Below are positions 8,537 through 19,206 of a DNA stretch of 64,000 nt, piece after piece. The DNA comes from Candidatus Spongiihabitans sp. (lineage in GTDB: Bacteria; Pseudomonadota; Gammaproteobacteria; Arenicellales; Poriferihabitantaceae), in NCBI GenBank assembly GCA_965261425.1, contig OZ253452.1, positions 2,592,645 to 2,656,644 on the forward strand, given 5' to 3'. A model generated the notes under the pieces. That model was not told the origin of the DNA. It did not search any database and worked only from the letters and a program-made list of their open reading frames with translations. Numbering within the stretch: the first letter of the stretch is position 1; every line of letters begins with the position of its first letter. The position numbers and the translations under genes are program-made.

Positions 8537-10423
8537 CCTGACTTCGACGGTTCATATTCATAAACTATTGATTTATAAGGAAACACAAAAATATCTAGGC
8601 ACTACAAATGCCTAGATATTGAAGGATTATGTCAATTAGTACAGTGGGTAAGCTGTGGTAGTCGCTTTCAATCCCATCACGGCATAGATTTTTTTTGCTT
8701 GTGGGTCGATTGTAGAAGGGATGACATAACGCTGTTTGGTGCGCTTGTGTTTGAACACACTATGTTGCACATGAATCAAGGCATTACGAATAACTTCAGG
8801 GGATAAGGCTTTGTGTTGTAGCTTGATTCGATACATTAGCTGTCTGATGCAGGCAAAAGCCATGAACGAAATAGCAATGTGGGCACGCACCCTGGAAGGT
8901 GTCCAGTGGTAGATAGGGCGTACTTTTAAGTCATGTTTAGTGATGCGGAAACTTTCTTCAACCTGCCATAAGCCGCGATAGTGTGATAGCACTTCCTGGT
9001 GCGGCGTATCGGGCAAATTGGTAATCACCCCATGCAAGCCGTCCCAGCGGCTTTCGGCATCAATTTTATCCTGGTTGATACTCAGGCTGGTTTTTCCTTT
9101 GATAATCAGAAACTTTTTATAGCCGTAGTTATTTAATAAGCTCTTGGGATTCTGGCTTTTACCTATTTTCTTGATGAGCCGATCGACTGCCTTTTGTCGG
9201 TCATGTTGATCTTTATCCGCACGCTTTGGACAATGCGAGACAATGAGCCGTCTCTTCTTGTGCGTCAGCTCGGCTGCGCTTGACCCGCCTTTGCCAACTG
9301 CCTGATAAGCTGATTTATCCAATACTTTGGTTTGTAGTGCACTTGGTAATTGTTTTAGTTTCGCTCCGACAATGTAATAAGCGCCCGCCTCATCCAGGGC
9401 GCTTAGATTGTCTTCATTCAACATGCCCCTATCAGCGACAAAGATCATTTTCCTGACATCATAGCGCGCCTGCATCGTCTTCAAAACGCTGATTAGGCTA
9501 TGGCCCTCGAAAGTAGCACCGGGGAACACTTCGTAGCCGACCGGCAGGCCTTCATGGGTGACCAGCAAAGCCAGCAATACTTGCGGCTGATTGAATTTAC
9601 AGTCCTTGCTGTAGCCATTTTGTTTTAACTCATCTTCCTTGAAAGACTCAAAATACAGTGTCGTACAGTCAAAAAACAACACATCCAACGCACCAGGTAA
9701 CAAGGATCGCGTGCCTTCACAGGTCATCGCTTGTAGCCGACTGATGGTGTTATCGTCCAGCTGATCCATCATCCGATAAACTTTCTCTAAGGACAAAGAA
9801 ACGCCAAAGTCCTGCTCCAGCTGCTGCACACTGCCGCGCTTACTTTTAGGATTGGCAATGCGTGCCATCACACAATGGAACAGGGCTTCATGGGAAGCAC
9901 GATACCGCCTCTGCGACAACAGGGTATCGAATGATAACTGGCGATAGACCTCGCCATACACTTCATGGATGCCCAGTACCACCCGTTGTTCTTCCACCAT
10001 CTGCCTCAGATCAACATTCAAGGTGGCTTTAGACGCTTGGGCTGCTTTCGCTTCAATAACTTGTTTGGCGACCGCCTCAGGCGGAAACAAACCGGGCTGG
10101 TGTTGGGCTTCAAGCTTCGCCTTGACGACTTCGGCCAGCTCTTTCAATCGCACTAACTCATCGTCATCCATGGCAATGCCGATATAACGGACAATCTTTT
10201 GCTTGACCTTATCGCCGACGCGCACAGATGAAACAATCTGAACCGATTGTCTTGGGCTATTGGGTGTAGATTTAACGCGAACGAACATGGGGTGAGTCTA
10301 TACCATTCGATCACCGAAGTCAACACAAATATTCAGATAGGCACTACAAACCAACTTCTCTACCACCCCCGCATGTTTATTGGGCTGTGGGCGATCTGCA
10401 TGGAGCCAACCGTCGAAGTCAGG
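8537..10423 (-). mobile_element. IS1634-family element
   Basis: Perfect 16-bp IRs CCTGACTTCGACGGTT / AACCGTCGAAGTCAGG; long flanking direct repeat. Confidence 0.95.
8636..10288 (-). CDS. IS1634-family transposase
   Basis: FFDCTTLYFES, GYSKD, VADRGM, YRGLWQVEESFR, RPIYHW motifs. Confidence 0.95.
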   Translation of the reverse strand: MFVRVKSTPNSPRQSVQIVSSVRVGDKVKQKIVRYIGIAMDDDELVRLKELAEVVKAKLEAQHQPGLFPPEAVAKQVIEAKAAQASKATLNVDLRQMVEEQRVVLGIHEVYGEVYRQLSFDTLLSQRRYRASHEALFHCVMARIANPKSKRGSVQQLEQDFGVSLSLEKVYRMMDQLDDNTISRLQAMTCEGTRSLLPGALDVLFFDCTTLYFESFKEDELKQNGYSKDCKFNQPQVLLALLVTHEGLPVGYEVFPGATFEGHSLISVLKTMQARYDVRKMIFVADRGMLNEDNLSALDEAGAYYIVGAKLKQLPSALQTKVLDKSAYQAVGKGGSSAAELTHKKRRLIVSHCPKRADKDQHDRQKAVDRLIKKIGKSQNPKSLLNNYGYKKFLIIKGKTSLSINQDKIDAESRWDGLHGVITNLPDTPHQEVLSHYRGLWQVEESFRITKHDLKVRPIYHWTPSRVRAHIAISFMAFACIRQLMYRIKLQHKALSPEVIRNALIHVQHSVFKHKRTKQRYVIPSTIDPQAKKIYAVMGLKATTTAYPLY

Positions 10424-11071
10424 GTAATTCACGCTCGGCGGCTTGGACTTTGAAACTGTCACCATCTTTGAGGTCGGTCAGGACAACATCTTTGATGCTG
10501 ATGAGCTCGGCGGCGTATGCAGGTGTCAGGTAGCCAAGCAAAACCACTGGCAGGAGATGTAAGACAATGTGCAGGTATTTTTTCATCGCCGAGTTTGATT
10601 ATAATAAGTGGCTTGCAACTCGAAGTCTAATATATTTTTTGCGATGGGCTTGTCGGAAAATGAGGTTTTTAGCTTGTTGTGAATATTTAAGCCCTTGCCT
10701 TCGTCAATCAATTGAAGCGGCTGAGCATATTCGTCCCATTCGGATAGCTTTCGCTCGATTAGCTGTAGCGATAGTTCATTACGAGGGGTGTCCCGCAATA
10801 TATCGGCGGCGCGGTCAATGTCCTGTTCCAATGGTTGCAAAATAGGCTGAATTCGGCTTTTATATGCCCCGCGAATCAAATCCGCCACAAAACGCCCACT
10901 CGCGGTTTTGTCAAACCGCCACTTGTCTGTAATATTAGTTGCCAATGTGCCGGGGTGTTCGGCATGAAAAATCATATTTATCGCTGTTTTTATATGCTGT
11001 TCTTCGCGCAGTTTTATAAGCGCAGTCGTAATATGTTCTGATTTGGCGATAGGCACGACTCCAGATTTCTT
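10424..11071. repeat. Right copy of the 648-bp direct repeat; includes truncated 5' end of the nuclease (ATG 10586)
   Basis: Starts immediately after the IS1634 right IR. Confidence 0.9.
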
Positions 11072-11489
11072 GCGTGATTGATCATCTTGCCGATGTCGTC
11101 GGTATCAATATTTTTTTGTTCCTTAATCAGCGCGTTCAGCCTATTTGCAAAGGTGTTGGTGTTACCAATACTTTTGTTCTCACAAAGATGCGCTGTCATA
11201 TTAGCCCGTGTTAATGCGGGCAAAGGCCTTGTTTTTATTGCTTCACGAGCCAATATTTTTCCTGTATCGGGGTTTTCTGAATGCGTAAACTCGCCAATTT
11301 TAGGGTGTTGTATGCCCCACCAATAGGATACTTCCTCGTATAACCGTGGATTAGAAGCCGTTAAAGCCCCACCGCTTTTTGCAAATCACTCTCGGGTGCC
11401 CGGTCGTTAAAACCAGCGTCTTCGTATGCGACATCAATTTCTGCTCGCGACGACTCTGGTGAAACATTAAGCAAATGAAAGGCCGACAT
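10583..11489 (-). pseudogene. Frameshifted gene for a protein with an N-terminal J-domain-like helical region
   Basis: MSAFHLLNVSPESSRAEIDVAYED / shift / LTASNPRLYEEVSYWWG... / shift near 11050; its TGA overlaps the nuclease ATG (ATGA). Confidence 0.55.
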
Positions 11490-12314
11490 TATCACAACTT
11501 AACTCCGCATAATTTCTGACCGTCTTTGAGAAATGTTTTTAAGCGATATTGTCAGGGCGGTTCAACTCCAAACAATATTTTAGGTTCTTCCTTAAATCGA
11601 GCAGGTAGTTTACCCTATAAGCAATTGAACGACACACAAATTTCTCAGTCGGTATAAGTCAGGCTATTTGAAAATGTCTATGCGACCCTGCACTGGACAA
11701 GAGTTTATATAAAGCAACCAAAGATTGGCGGAGTGTGTGCAGTTGTTATTGGGGATGGCACAAAAGATTTCGCTAAATCATTGACGGCTTTTAAGTTAGC
11801 AGTGAATTAGTGCGAAAACGCAGGCTGGCGTTTGTCTGAAACCTGTATTTACCAAAGAGCGGGGCGAACAATGGTTGCCATCGACAATCTCTTTGAGTAC
11901 CTTATCACGGTCATATTCTTGAATTTGATCTTGTTCAAGTAGTTTAGCTTGCTGTTTCTTTCGGTCGGATATGTTGTGCGTTGTCGTCATTGGGTTCTCC
12001 TGTATGTTAGAGCGACTACTCAAATCAACTTGTGTTTTGAGTAATTACATGGGTCTTGGCAACCACTTTCTTTCAATATATTCATCCCCCACCGAGTAGG
12101 CGTTACTAGAATCTATCCCATTTGCTCTGGAATATCAATTTTTGTCCGAGTTCAGTACCCATGAGGCAAAAGGGTCGTCCGTTATAGCAAAGGGCAGTGA
12201 ATCATGAGGGTGCCATTTATTGTCAATAGCCAGAACCTGCCATGCACATGCTATCAATGCGGTCGGTGATGCCTTGATTAAGTGTCGTTTACCTTTGCCT
12301 GCGAGATAAAGCGG

Positions 12315-13031
12315 TTATACCGTTTTAAAGAATTTCTCAATTGCATCATCTTCCGATGTTCTGATTCCCCGCTCTTTATTATTTTTGAAATAGCAGATAT
12401 TTCCTTTCAAATCGTTTTTCCAAGCATTTGCGATATCCTCCGGTGAAGGACGCTCGCAACTAGACTTGGTTGGCGTTGCTAAAAGAATATCGGCACCGTT
12501 ATACGGTTCTCCAGTTTCTGTTTCTGGCCACTCAATATTAAGAATACCGCAGTCGTCAACTATGTCCTCTGTTTCGCAAGTATATAGTGATTTAGTTTGT
12601 TCTGACACTTTAGTAGCCCATTCTTCTTTGATGTTACCGAAACATTCCTCCGCCAAATTAGGATTGAACATAATTCCAACACATCCCCAATTAGCGGATA
12701 TTTGTTCACCTTTCGCTCTTATATTCTCTGCCCTCCAAAGCGCTCCTGCTTCGGCAATCAAATCAGAACCTAATTGAACATTGCGAACGCAAGGAACAGC
12801 CAGACCTACCCCCATCTTTTTTGGGCTGGACATCTCGTTCGAGAAAACCATCGTGTATGTGTTGCCCCAAGTACTTGACATTCGCCCATAACGAATCGGC
12901 ACACGAACATGAACCCGCTCACACATTCTGATTCTAGCCTGCCGCCATTTTTGGCGATGATGTTGTTCACCCCAAATTAATGAACCAATTAACAACACGC
13001 CAATAGAAAGGTTTATATTATTTGTCATCAA
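12315..13031 (-). CDS. Hypothetical protein, possible gamma-glutamylcyclotransferase-like fold
   Basis: N-terminal IGSLIW motif; C-terminal YF..N...GIRT..D. Confidence 0.5.
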   Translation of the reverse strand: MMTNNINLSIGVLLIGSLIWGEQHHRQKWRQARIRMCERVHVRVPIRYGRMSSTWGNTYTMVFSNEMSSPKKMGVGLAVPCVRNVQLGSDLIAEAGALWRAENIRAKGEQISANWGCVGIMFNPNLAEECFGNIKEEWATKVSEQTKSLYTCETEDIVDDCGILNIEWPETETGEPYNGADILLATPTKSSCERPSPEDIANAWKNDLKGNICYFKNNKERGIRTSEDDAIEKFFKTV

Positions 13032-13080
13032 CTATTTCTCCTCGAAAATGTTTAACCGACTGTAAAAACAGAAATACAAC

Positions 13081-13145
13081 GAGACCTTTACATAATTGAC
13101 GGAAGTGTGACTTTACCGATTGTTTTTTGAATTATGCAAAAGTCT
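13081..13145. mobile_element. MITE, GAGACCTTTGCA-type ends (65 bp)
   Basis: GAGACCTTTACATAATT ... AATTATGCAAAAGTCT. Confidence 0.7.
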
Positions 13146-13267
13146 ACTATAATCTATGAACAACAACACAAGCCATTTAACCGACATCTGTTTAAACTCG
13201 TTTAAGGATTGAAAATACTGATTGATAGATGAATCATAACCATAGCCGACATTAAGCATTGAATTGA

Positions 13268-13927
13268 GTGATGAATAACATGGAAGATTTTCCTGATGTT
13301 AAATACGCCTCTGAGCAGGGTTTGCTCGCCATTGGTGGCGATTTAAGTCCGCAACGTCTGCTTGCCGCTTATCAAAAAGGAATATTCCCGTGGTATAGTG
13401 CTGGCGAGCCGATTCTGTGGTGGTCGCCCGACCCCCGATGCGTGTTATTCCCCGACCGCTATAAACCACAACGTAGTCTGAAAAAAATCATTAAAAAACA
13501 TCGTTTTGTTTTTTCTTTCGATCAGGATTTTAAAACGGTTATCAGCCACTGCGCCGCACCGCGTGCGAAGGACAGCGGCACATGGATTACGCAAGAGATG
13601 CGCGATGCCTATATTCATCTGCATCACTTAGGCTATGCACACTCCGTAGAAACCCGTATTAATGACCAATTGGTGGGTGGTTTATACGGCATTGCTTTGG
13701 GTAGCATATTTTTTGGTGAGAGCATGTTTAGTCAGGTTAGCGGTGCCTCAAAAGCGGCTTTGGATTTCCTCATCGCGCACCTTACAACATGGCATTTTCG
13801 GCTTATTGATTGTCAAGTTACTTCCCCGCATTTATTGAGTCTGGGTGCCGTAGAAATTGCGCGCACGGAATTCCTGACACGGCTGGAAGGGGCATTGAGG
13901 CAACCCGGCAAGAGCGGAAAGTGGTAG
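13268..13927 (+). CDS. aat: Leucyl/phenylalanyl-tRNA--protein transferase
   Basis: GLLAIGGDL, AYQKGIFPW, WWSPDPR, FFGESMFS. Confidence 0.97.
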   Translation: MMNNMEDFPDVKYASEQGLLAIGGDLSPQRLLAAYQKGIFPWYSAGEPILWWSPDPRCVLFPDRYKPQRSLKKIIKKHRFVFSFDQDFKTVISHCAAPRAKDSGTWITQEMRDAYIHLHHLGYAHSVETRINDQLVGGLYGIALGSIFFGESMFSQVSGASKAALDFLIAHLTTWHFRLIDCQVTSPHLLSLGAVEIARTEFLTRLEGALRQPGKSGKW

Positions 13928-14267
13928 CCGATACTCGAGTCCTAAAATAACATGGGGAAACCCTTGCGGGTTTGGCTGTTTTACTGAATTCCTGCTTATC
14001 AAGGGAATGACGGATGTGGGTTTTTACACAACATCTAAAGCCCCTCTTCTGATTTGTCACGGTGCGGCACGGGTGAATAGAATACCCGATATGATTTTAT
14101 CCGATCGACGAATATTGGTCATAAAATAGTAGATTTTTCGACACCGATTAAGTAGGATTAACTTAATTAGGACATCAGGAATTTATTTGACTTACAAATC
14201 ATTTGACGGACCCATCGGTCCGAGTTGTTTTCCAAGATAAGTGCAATTCAGAAATATCGATATTGAC

Positions 14268-15719
14268 TCACCTTTCCACGCAGGCATCAAGACTGTTAAA
14301 CTGATGTAAAACTTCATTAGCAAAGATATCTGATTTTGTCAAAACAGGTCCGAAAATAGTTTCTACATCAATAATCGCGCTAACTAAATCCTTTGATTCT
14401 GAGCCCGTTTTGACAATCAGGTGTCGCAGACTTTCCGCCATAGGATCATTCAAGACGAACTTAAATTCACCCTTCATTTGGACAGATATGTACCCAATCC
14501 ATGCCGCCACGCATTTTGCTAGACACTTTATTGGCAAGCCATTGCCGAGTCGTTCTTGAATTGGATGCAAAATTCTTTGGGGTAGTTTTTGTGAGCCATC
14601 AGCGGCAATTTGAGCTAATTTATGCTGCAGTCCGGTATTTTGGAAACGTTGAAATAATGCGGTTTGGTAATCTTCAACATCCACGTTTTTTGGTATATCA
14701 AGTGTCGGGGCGACCTCATCTTGCATGAGCTTCTTAATAAAATGGGAAAGTTGCCGGTCCTGCATTGCTTGGGCAACGGTTTCATGCCCCGCAAGAAGTC
14801 CTAAATAGGCTAAAGCAGAATGACTGCCATTCAGTAGCCTGAGCTTCATCACCTCAAAAGGATCAACGTCAGAAGTCATAAGAACGCCAACTTTTTCAAA
14901 AGCCGGTCGTCCAGCACAAAAATTATCTTCAATCACCCATTGACTGAATGGTTCGGTAACAACCGGCCAATTGTCTTTTAGACCGGTTTCTTTTAACAAT
15001 AAGCTGCGATCCTCATCCGTTGTTGCCGGGACAATTCTATCCACCATTGTGCTTGGAAATGTGACCTGCTTTTCAATCCATTGCACAATATCCGGGCACG
15101 ATAATTTTGCCAACATCAACACCACATTGCGACAGGTTTGACCATTTGCAGGAAGATTGTCGCAACTTAATATGGTAAACGGACCGCTCCCCGATTCTTT
15201 TCTGCGCCGCAAGGCTTCGACCAAGAACCCCGGAGCAGAGACCGGCGTTTGTGGCGTACGAAGATCAGCTACAATATCTGGATGGTTTGGGTTTAACTGA
15301 CCTGTTGCGGGATTATGACAATAGCCTTTTTCGGTAATTGTCAGCGAAACGATACGCGTGCTTGGGAGTGCCATCCTGTGCAATAATCTTTCGCTATCAC
15401 GAGACCCAACAAGCACCCTTAAAACACTGCCAATAATACGATATTGTGGAGCTTCTTCACCTTTTATGATTAGCGTATAAAGCCCATCCTGTGGGGTAAG
15501 CGCATTCGCTGTGTTGGCACTACGCAATGACGCACCAATAATTCCCCAATTTGGGTCGTGTTCCAGTATATCGTCTATATACACGGACTGGTGCGCCCGA
15601 TGAAAAGCTCCCATTCCAAGATGAACAATAGCGGGATTAATTGCCTTCCGGTCATAATTTGGAGTACGCACGGACATATTGTGCAGGCTTTGATTACTCA
15701 GTTTCACCCTTTGCTCCAA
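14268..15719 (-). CDS. uxuB: Mannitol dehydrogenase family / D-mannonate oxidoreductase (fructuronate reductase)
   Basis: HLGMGAFHRAHQ, SCDNL, MVDRIVP, KLRLLNGSH; adjacent to uxuA. Confidence 0.88.
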   Translation of the reverse strand: MEQRVKLSNQSLHNMSVRTPNYDRKAINPAIVHLGMGAFHRAHQSVYIDDILEHDPNWGIIGASLRSANTANALTPQDGLYTLIIKGEEAPQYRIIGSVLRVLVGSRDSERLLHRMALPSTRIVSLTITEKGYCHNPATGQLNPNHPDIVADLRTPQTPVSAPGFLVEALRRRKESGSGPFTILSCDNLPANGQTCRNVVLMLAKLSCPDIVQWIEKQVTFPSTMVDRIVPATTDEDRSLLLKETGLKDNWPVVTEPFSQWVIEDNFCAGRPAFEKVGVLMTSDVDPFEVMKLRLLNGSHSALAYLGLLAGHETVAQAMQDRQLSHFIKKLMQDEVAPTLDIPKNVDVEDYQTALFQRFQNTGLQHKLAQIAADGSQKLPQRILHPIQERLGNGLPIKCLAKCVAAWIGYISVQMKGEFKFVLNDPMAESLRHLIVKTGSESKDLVSAIIDVETIFGPVLTKSDIFANEVLHQFNSLDACVER

Positions 15720-15761
15720 ACTTCAATGATTGTACCCACATAATGGATATATTTCATACTT

Positions 15762-15869
15762 AGACCTTTGCACTATTAACGGAAGTGCGGCTTCAGCCGC
15801 GCAAGACCGTTGTAAATGACGGGACTAAAGCCCCACTTCAGATTATTTTTTGAATTATGCAGAGGTCTC
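15762..15869. mobile_element. MITE overlapping the uxuA stop codon
   Basis: AGACCTTTGCACTATT ... AATTATGCAGAGGTCTC. Confidence 0.75.
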
Positions 15870-17067
15870 ATACTAAATATTCCGTCGCTGCAATTGCACC
15901 ACGCAATTCCGCCAACCCTTTAAGACGACCGATACCCGTATAACCAGGATTTGTAGTGGGCTTGTCCAAATCATCGAATATTTGATAACCATGATCTGGG
16001 CGAAAAGGAATTTCACCGTGAACAACATGGTCGATCTTTCGACGGCGTTCCTCGGCTAACAATATTCCAATTATTGCTAGCATGTCAACATCACTATCCA
16101 AAGGCTCAGCCTCGTGAAAACTTTCGCCATCCGCTTCTCTTCGGGTGCCACGCAAGTGCGCAAAATAAATGCGCTCACTAAATTCTCGGGCCATTGCAGG
16201 CAAATTATTGTCAGCACGAACGCCCAAACTGCCAGTACAAAAAGTCAAGCCGTTAGACGAGCTAGGTGCTTGCAAAAACAAGTTTGCTAAATCATCACGG
16301 GTTGAAACCACCCGAGGCAGTCCAAGAAGTGAACGTGGCGGATCGTCGGGATGGATTGCCAAGCGAATTCCAAACTCTTCAGCCGTGGGTAAAATTTGTT
16401 GCAAAAACGCCAAAAGATTCGCACGCAAATCCGGTGAACCGATCTCGTTATAGCATTCAATATCGCGCTGAAATGTTATCAATCTGTGGGACTCGGTTGT
16501 GCTACCCGGCAACCCTGCCAAAATATTATTTGTCAATTTGCCAATGTCGCTGAGGTTTAATTGGTTAAATAAAATTTCAGCCTCGCTGATTTGCTGCTCG
16601 GAATAGTCTGCTTCTGCACCCGGTCGTTTCAAGATAAACAAATCAAAGGCGGCGAAAGCCTTGGCATCAAAACGTAGCGTTCTTCCACCGGAATCCAGCT
16701 GCCACTCTAAATCGGTGCGAGTCCAGTCAAGTAATGGCATGAAATTATAGCAAACTGTCGTTATTCCGAGCGCGGCTAGTGCCCGCAAACTTTCGTTGTA
16801 TGCGGAGATATATTTCGCTACAGATTTATCCGCCCGTTTTATTGCGTCATGTACTGGAATGCTCTCTACCACCGTCCATTGCAAGAGTTTGCCAGCATGA
16901 TTTCCCGCATTAATGAGCGACTGATGAGCAGTGACAGCATCCACTGTCCACGCCTCTCCTATGGGAATGTTATGCAGTGCCGATACAATATTATGTGCGC
17001 CTGATTGTCTAACATGATTAAGCGGAACGGGATCATTTGCACCAAACCAACGCCAAGCTTCTTGCAT
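15868..17067 (-). CDS. uxuA: Mannonate dehydratase
   Basis: WRWFG, VVESIPVH, CYNFMP, HPDDPP, RPDHG, GRLKGLAELRG. Confidence 0.97.
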   Translation of the reverse strand: MQEAWRWFGANDPVPLNHVRQSGAHNIVSALHNIPIGEAWTVDAVTAHQSLINAGNHAGKLLQWTVVESIPVHDAIKRADKSVAKYISAYNESLRALAALGITTVCYNFMPLLDWTRTDLEWQLDSGGRTLRFDAKAFAAFDLFILKRPGAEADYSEQQISEAEILFNQLNLSDIGKLTNNILAGLPGSTTESHRLITFQRDIECYNEIGSPDLRANLLAFLQQILPTAEEFGIRLAIHPDDPPRSLLGLPRVVSTRDDLANLFLQAPSSSNGLTFCTGSLGVRADNNLPAMAREFSERIYFAHLRGTRREADGESFHEAEPLDSDVDMLAIIGILLAEERRRKIDHVVHGEIPFRPDHGYQIFDDLDKPTTNPGYTGIGRLKGLAELRGAIAATEYLV

Positions 17068-17201
17068 AGTGATTTCCTCTCAAAAAAGTTAGATGTCCTG
17101 TTTAGACTTACCCGATCAATTCGCTCAGACCAAGCGCCTTTGCGCCGAGACGGCAACTACACCGCCGCTAATCAGGGTTTTTAATTGTACCGGAATGTGG
17201 C

Positions 17202-18392
17202 TCATCTCTTTTCCTCAATTATGAATGGGCCTATATGTGTCCGCACCACCTGCGGCCCATTTGCCGATTGCCGCCATTCGACAAATCGTGTCAAATCTCC
17301 GGTGGATTGGTTTTTTGTATCTCGACCAAGCATTCGAGCTGGATTGGTTTGGATAACGGTTAAAACTTGAGGAATTGTGTAACCATACCAGTTGATCATA
17401 TTACGCAATATTTTATCCATAGTGACCGCTGATCCGGCCAAATAGCTTGAGCCGGGAATGCGCACTGATCCGTCGGGCGACAATTCAATTTCGGTTTCAC
17501 CCAGGGTGTAAAAACCCGCGACACTCGCCCGACCCGCCGCCGCGACTGCGTCGGTGGTGAGAATGACACGATCCAACCCTTTGGCACGCACCATAGATTG
17601 AAGAGCCGGTCGCGGTACATGGATGCCATCCGCAATCAGCATCGCGGTCAATTTATCTTGAGCTAGTTGCCAAAAAATCTGATTATCTGTTTTGTGAAGC
17701 ATGTGCGGTAAGCCATTGCCCAAATGAGTACTGAGCGTAGCGCCAGCATCTACGGCGGCTTGAATCTGTAACAAATTGGCAGCAGAATGACCGATAGAGA
17801 CTCGGATGCCCCGCGCCGTTAATGTTGCAATAAGTTCGATAACCCCGCTAACTTCTGGCGCAACCGTCATCAGCCGAATCGGACGTGAGGTAGCCGCTTG
17901 CAAGGCATCGACAAATTCAATATTTGCGCTTGTCATATACTTGGCATCATGTGCGCCAGCATAGCCGTCTTTGGGCGACAGAAAGGGACCTTCTATATGA
18001 TAGCCTGCAACCATGAGTTGCCCGAGACGGCTGGATGAAACAAGTGCGTCAAGCTCCCGCAATGTTTCAATCATTCTATCTCTTGAGCCGGTAATCAGGG
18101 TCGGTAAAAATGTGGTAACACCGCTGAGTGCGATTTCCGCAAGAGCGCAGTCTAACTGCTCAGCACTAATCCCGCAGTTGTTAAAATCGACCCCAGCAAA
18201 ACCATTGACCTGTAAATCTACCAGACCTTCGGTAACAAAGTTGTTGGCAAAGTAATCAATGCCGACATTCGGTTTTTCTGCTCGTTGAAATTGACCATCA
18301 GGGTCAATCGTACAATCATAAACTTGACCGTCACCGGAAAAATAAACGGGCAAAATTTCCGGGCAATGGCGCGATTTTATATCCGAGAACAC
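17202..18392 (-). CDS. nagA: N-acetylglucosamine-6-phosphate deacetylase-like amidohydrolase
   Basis: DLQVNG, HIEGPF, GAH, GHS, THLGNG, DGIH, LAGS. Confidence 0.85.
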   Translation of the reverse strand: MFSDIKSRHCPEILPVYFSGDGQVYDCTIDPDGQFQRAEKPNVGIDYFANNFVTEGLVDLQVNGFAGVDFNNCGISAEQLDCALAEIALSGVTTFLPTLITGSRDRMIETLRELDALVSSSRLGQLMVAGYHIEGPFLSPKDGYAGAHDAKYMTSANIEFVDALQAATSRPIRLMTVAPEVSGVIELIATLTARGIRVSIGHSAANLLQIQAAVDAGATLSTHLGNGLPHMLHKTDNQIFWQLAQDKLTAMLIADGIHVPRPALQSMVRAKGLDRVILTTDAVAAAGRASVAGFYTLGETEIELSPDGSVRIPGSSYLAGSAVTMDKILRNMINWYGYTIPQVLTVIQTNPARMLGRDTKNQSTGDLTRFVEWRQSANGPQVVRTHIGPFIIEEKR

Positions 18393-18415
18393 GTTACACT
18401 TATTGTGAATTCAAG

Positions 18416-19171
18416 TCATTCATCGGCGCAATGGCCGTCTAGTTTGCTTGCCGCCGCCGCATCAAGAAACAACGCCACATTTGGGTGGTTTTGTAGCGCA
18501 GAAGCCGGGCACATATTGGTAATCGACCCTTGTACAGCGTCTCGCACAGCTTGCGCTTTACGGGCATCGGGTACGGTGCAAATAATATTATGACTTCTTA
18601 ATATTTGAGAGATACTCATTGTTATGGCTTCGTTTGGCACATCGGCTAAACTATCGAACCAACCTTCGGACACTTGTTGTGCCCGACATGCTGGATCTAG
18701 GGAAGCCCGTAAATATGGATTATTCTCACTAAAATTTGCTGGAGGGTCATTGAATGCCAAATGACCATTTTCCCCAATTCCGATAAAGGCAACATCTATG
18801 GGTGCGATTCCAATCACCCTACTTAGCCGAGCAATTTCACTTTCTAAATCATTTGCCATACCATCAATAGCCTCAAAATGTTTCAACTTATGCAGTCGGT
18901 TTACGAAGCGCTCCTTGATGTATTTCACAAAACTTGCGGGGTGGTTCTGAGAGAGGTTGATATATTCATCAAGGTGAAAAACCGTGCATTTAGACCAATC
19001 AACATTGGTCTGTTTAACCAGTTTATCCAACATATCGAACTGACTGCTCCCCGTCGCCAATATAATCCGCACATCACCCTTCTTATCAATTGCCTGCCTT
19101 ATTAAATCAGCCCCCTGCGCTGAGGCATGCTGTCCAGACGCAATAGATGTTTGTGCGATATTGATTTTCAT
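18416..19171 (-). CDS. nagB: Glucosamine-6-phosphate deaminase-like protein
   Basis: LATGSSQ, FHLDEY, GIGENGHLAFNDP, PASALQ. Confidence 0.85.
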   Translation of the reverse strand: MKINIAQTSIASGQHASAQGADLIRQAIDKKGDVRIILATGSSQFDMLDKLVKQTNVDWSKCTVFHLDEYINLSQNHPASFVKYIKERFVNRLHKLKHFEAIDGMANDLESEIARLSRVIGIAPIDVAFIGIGENGHLAFNDPPANFSENNPYLRASLDPACRAQQVSEGWFDSLADVPNEAITMSISQILRSHNIICTVPDARKAQAVRDAVQGSITNMCPASALQNHPNVALFLDAAAASKLDGHCADE

Positions 19172-19206
19172 GTCATTTCCTGTTGAAGTGATAAATTGAA
19201 CTTTAA

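Noticed and set aside
8027-11071. Duplication as an assembly artefact
   Set aside because: Repeat ends coincide to the base with the IS1634 IRs and only one copy carries IS630.
11500-12310. ORF 11796-12023 and flanking fragments
   Set aside because: Short and stop-ridden; no family recognisable by eye.
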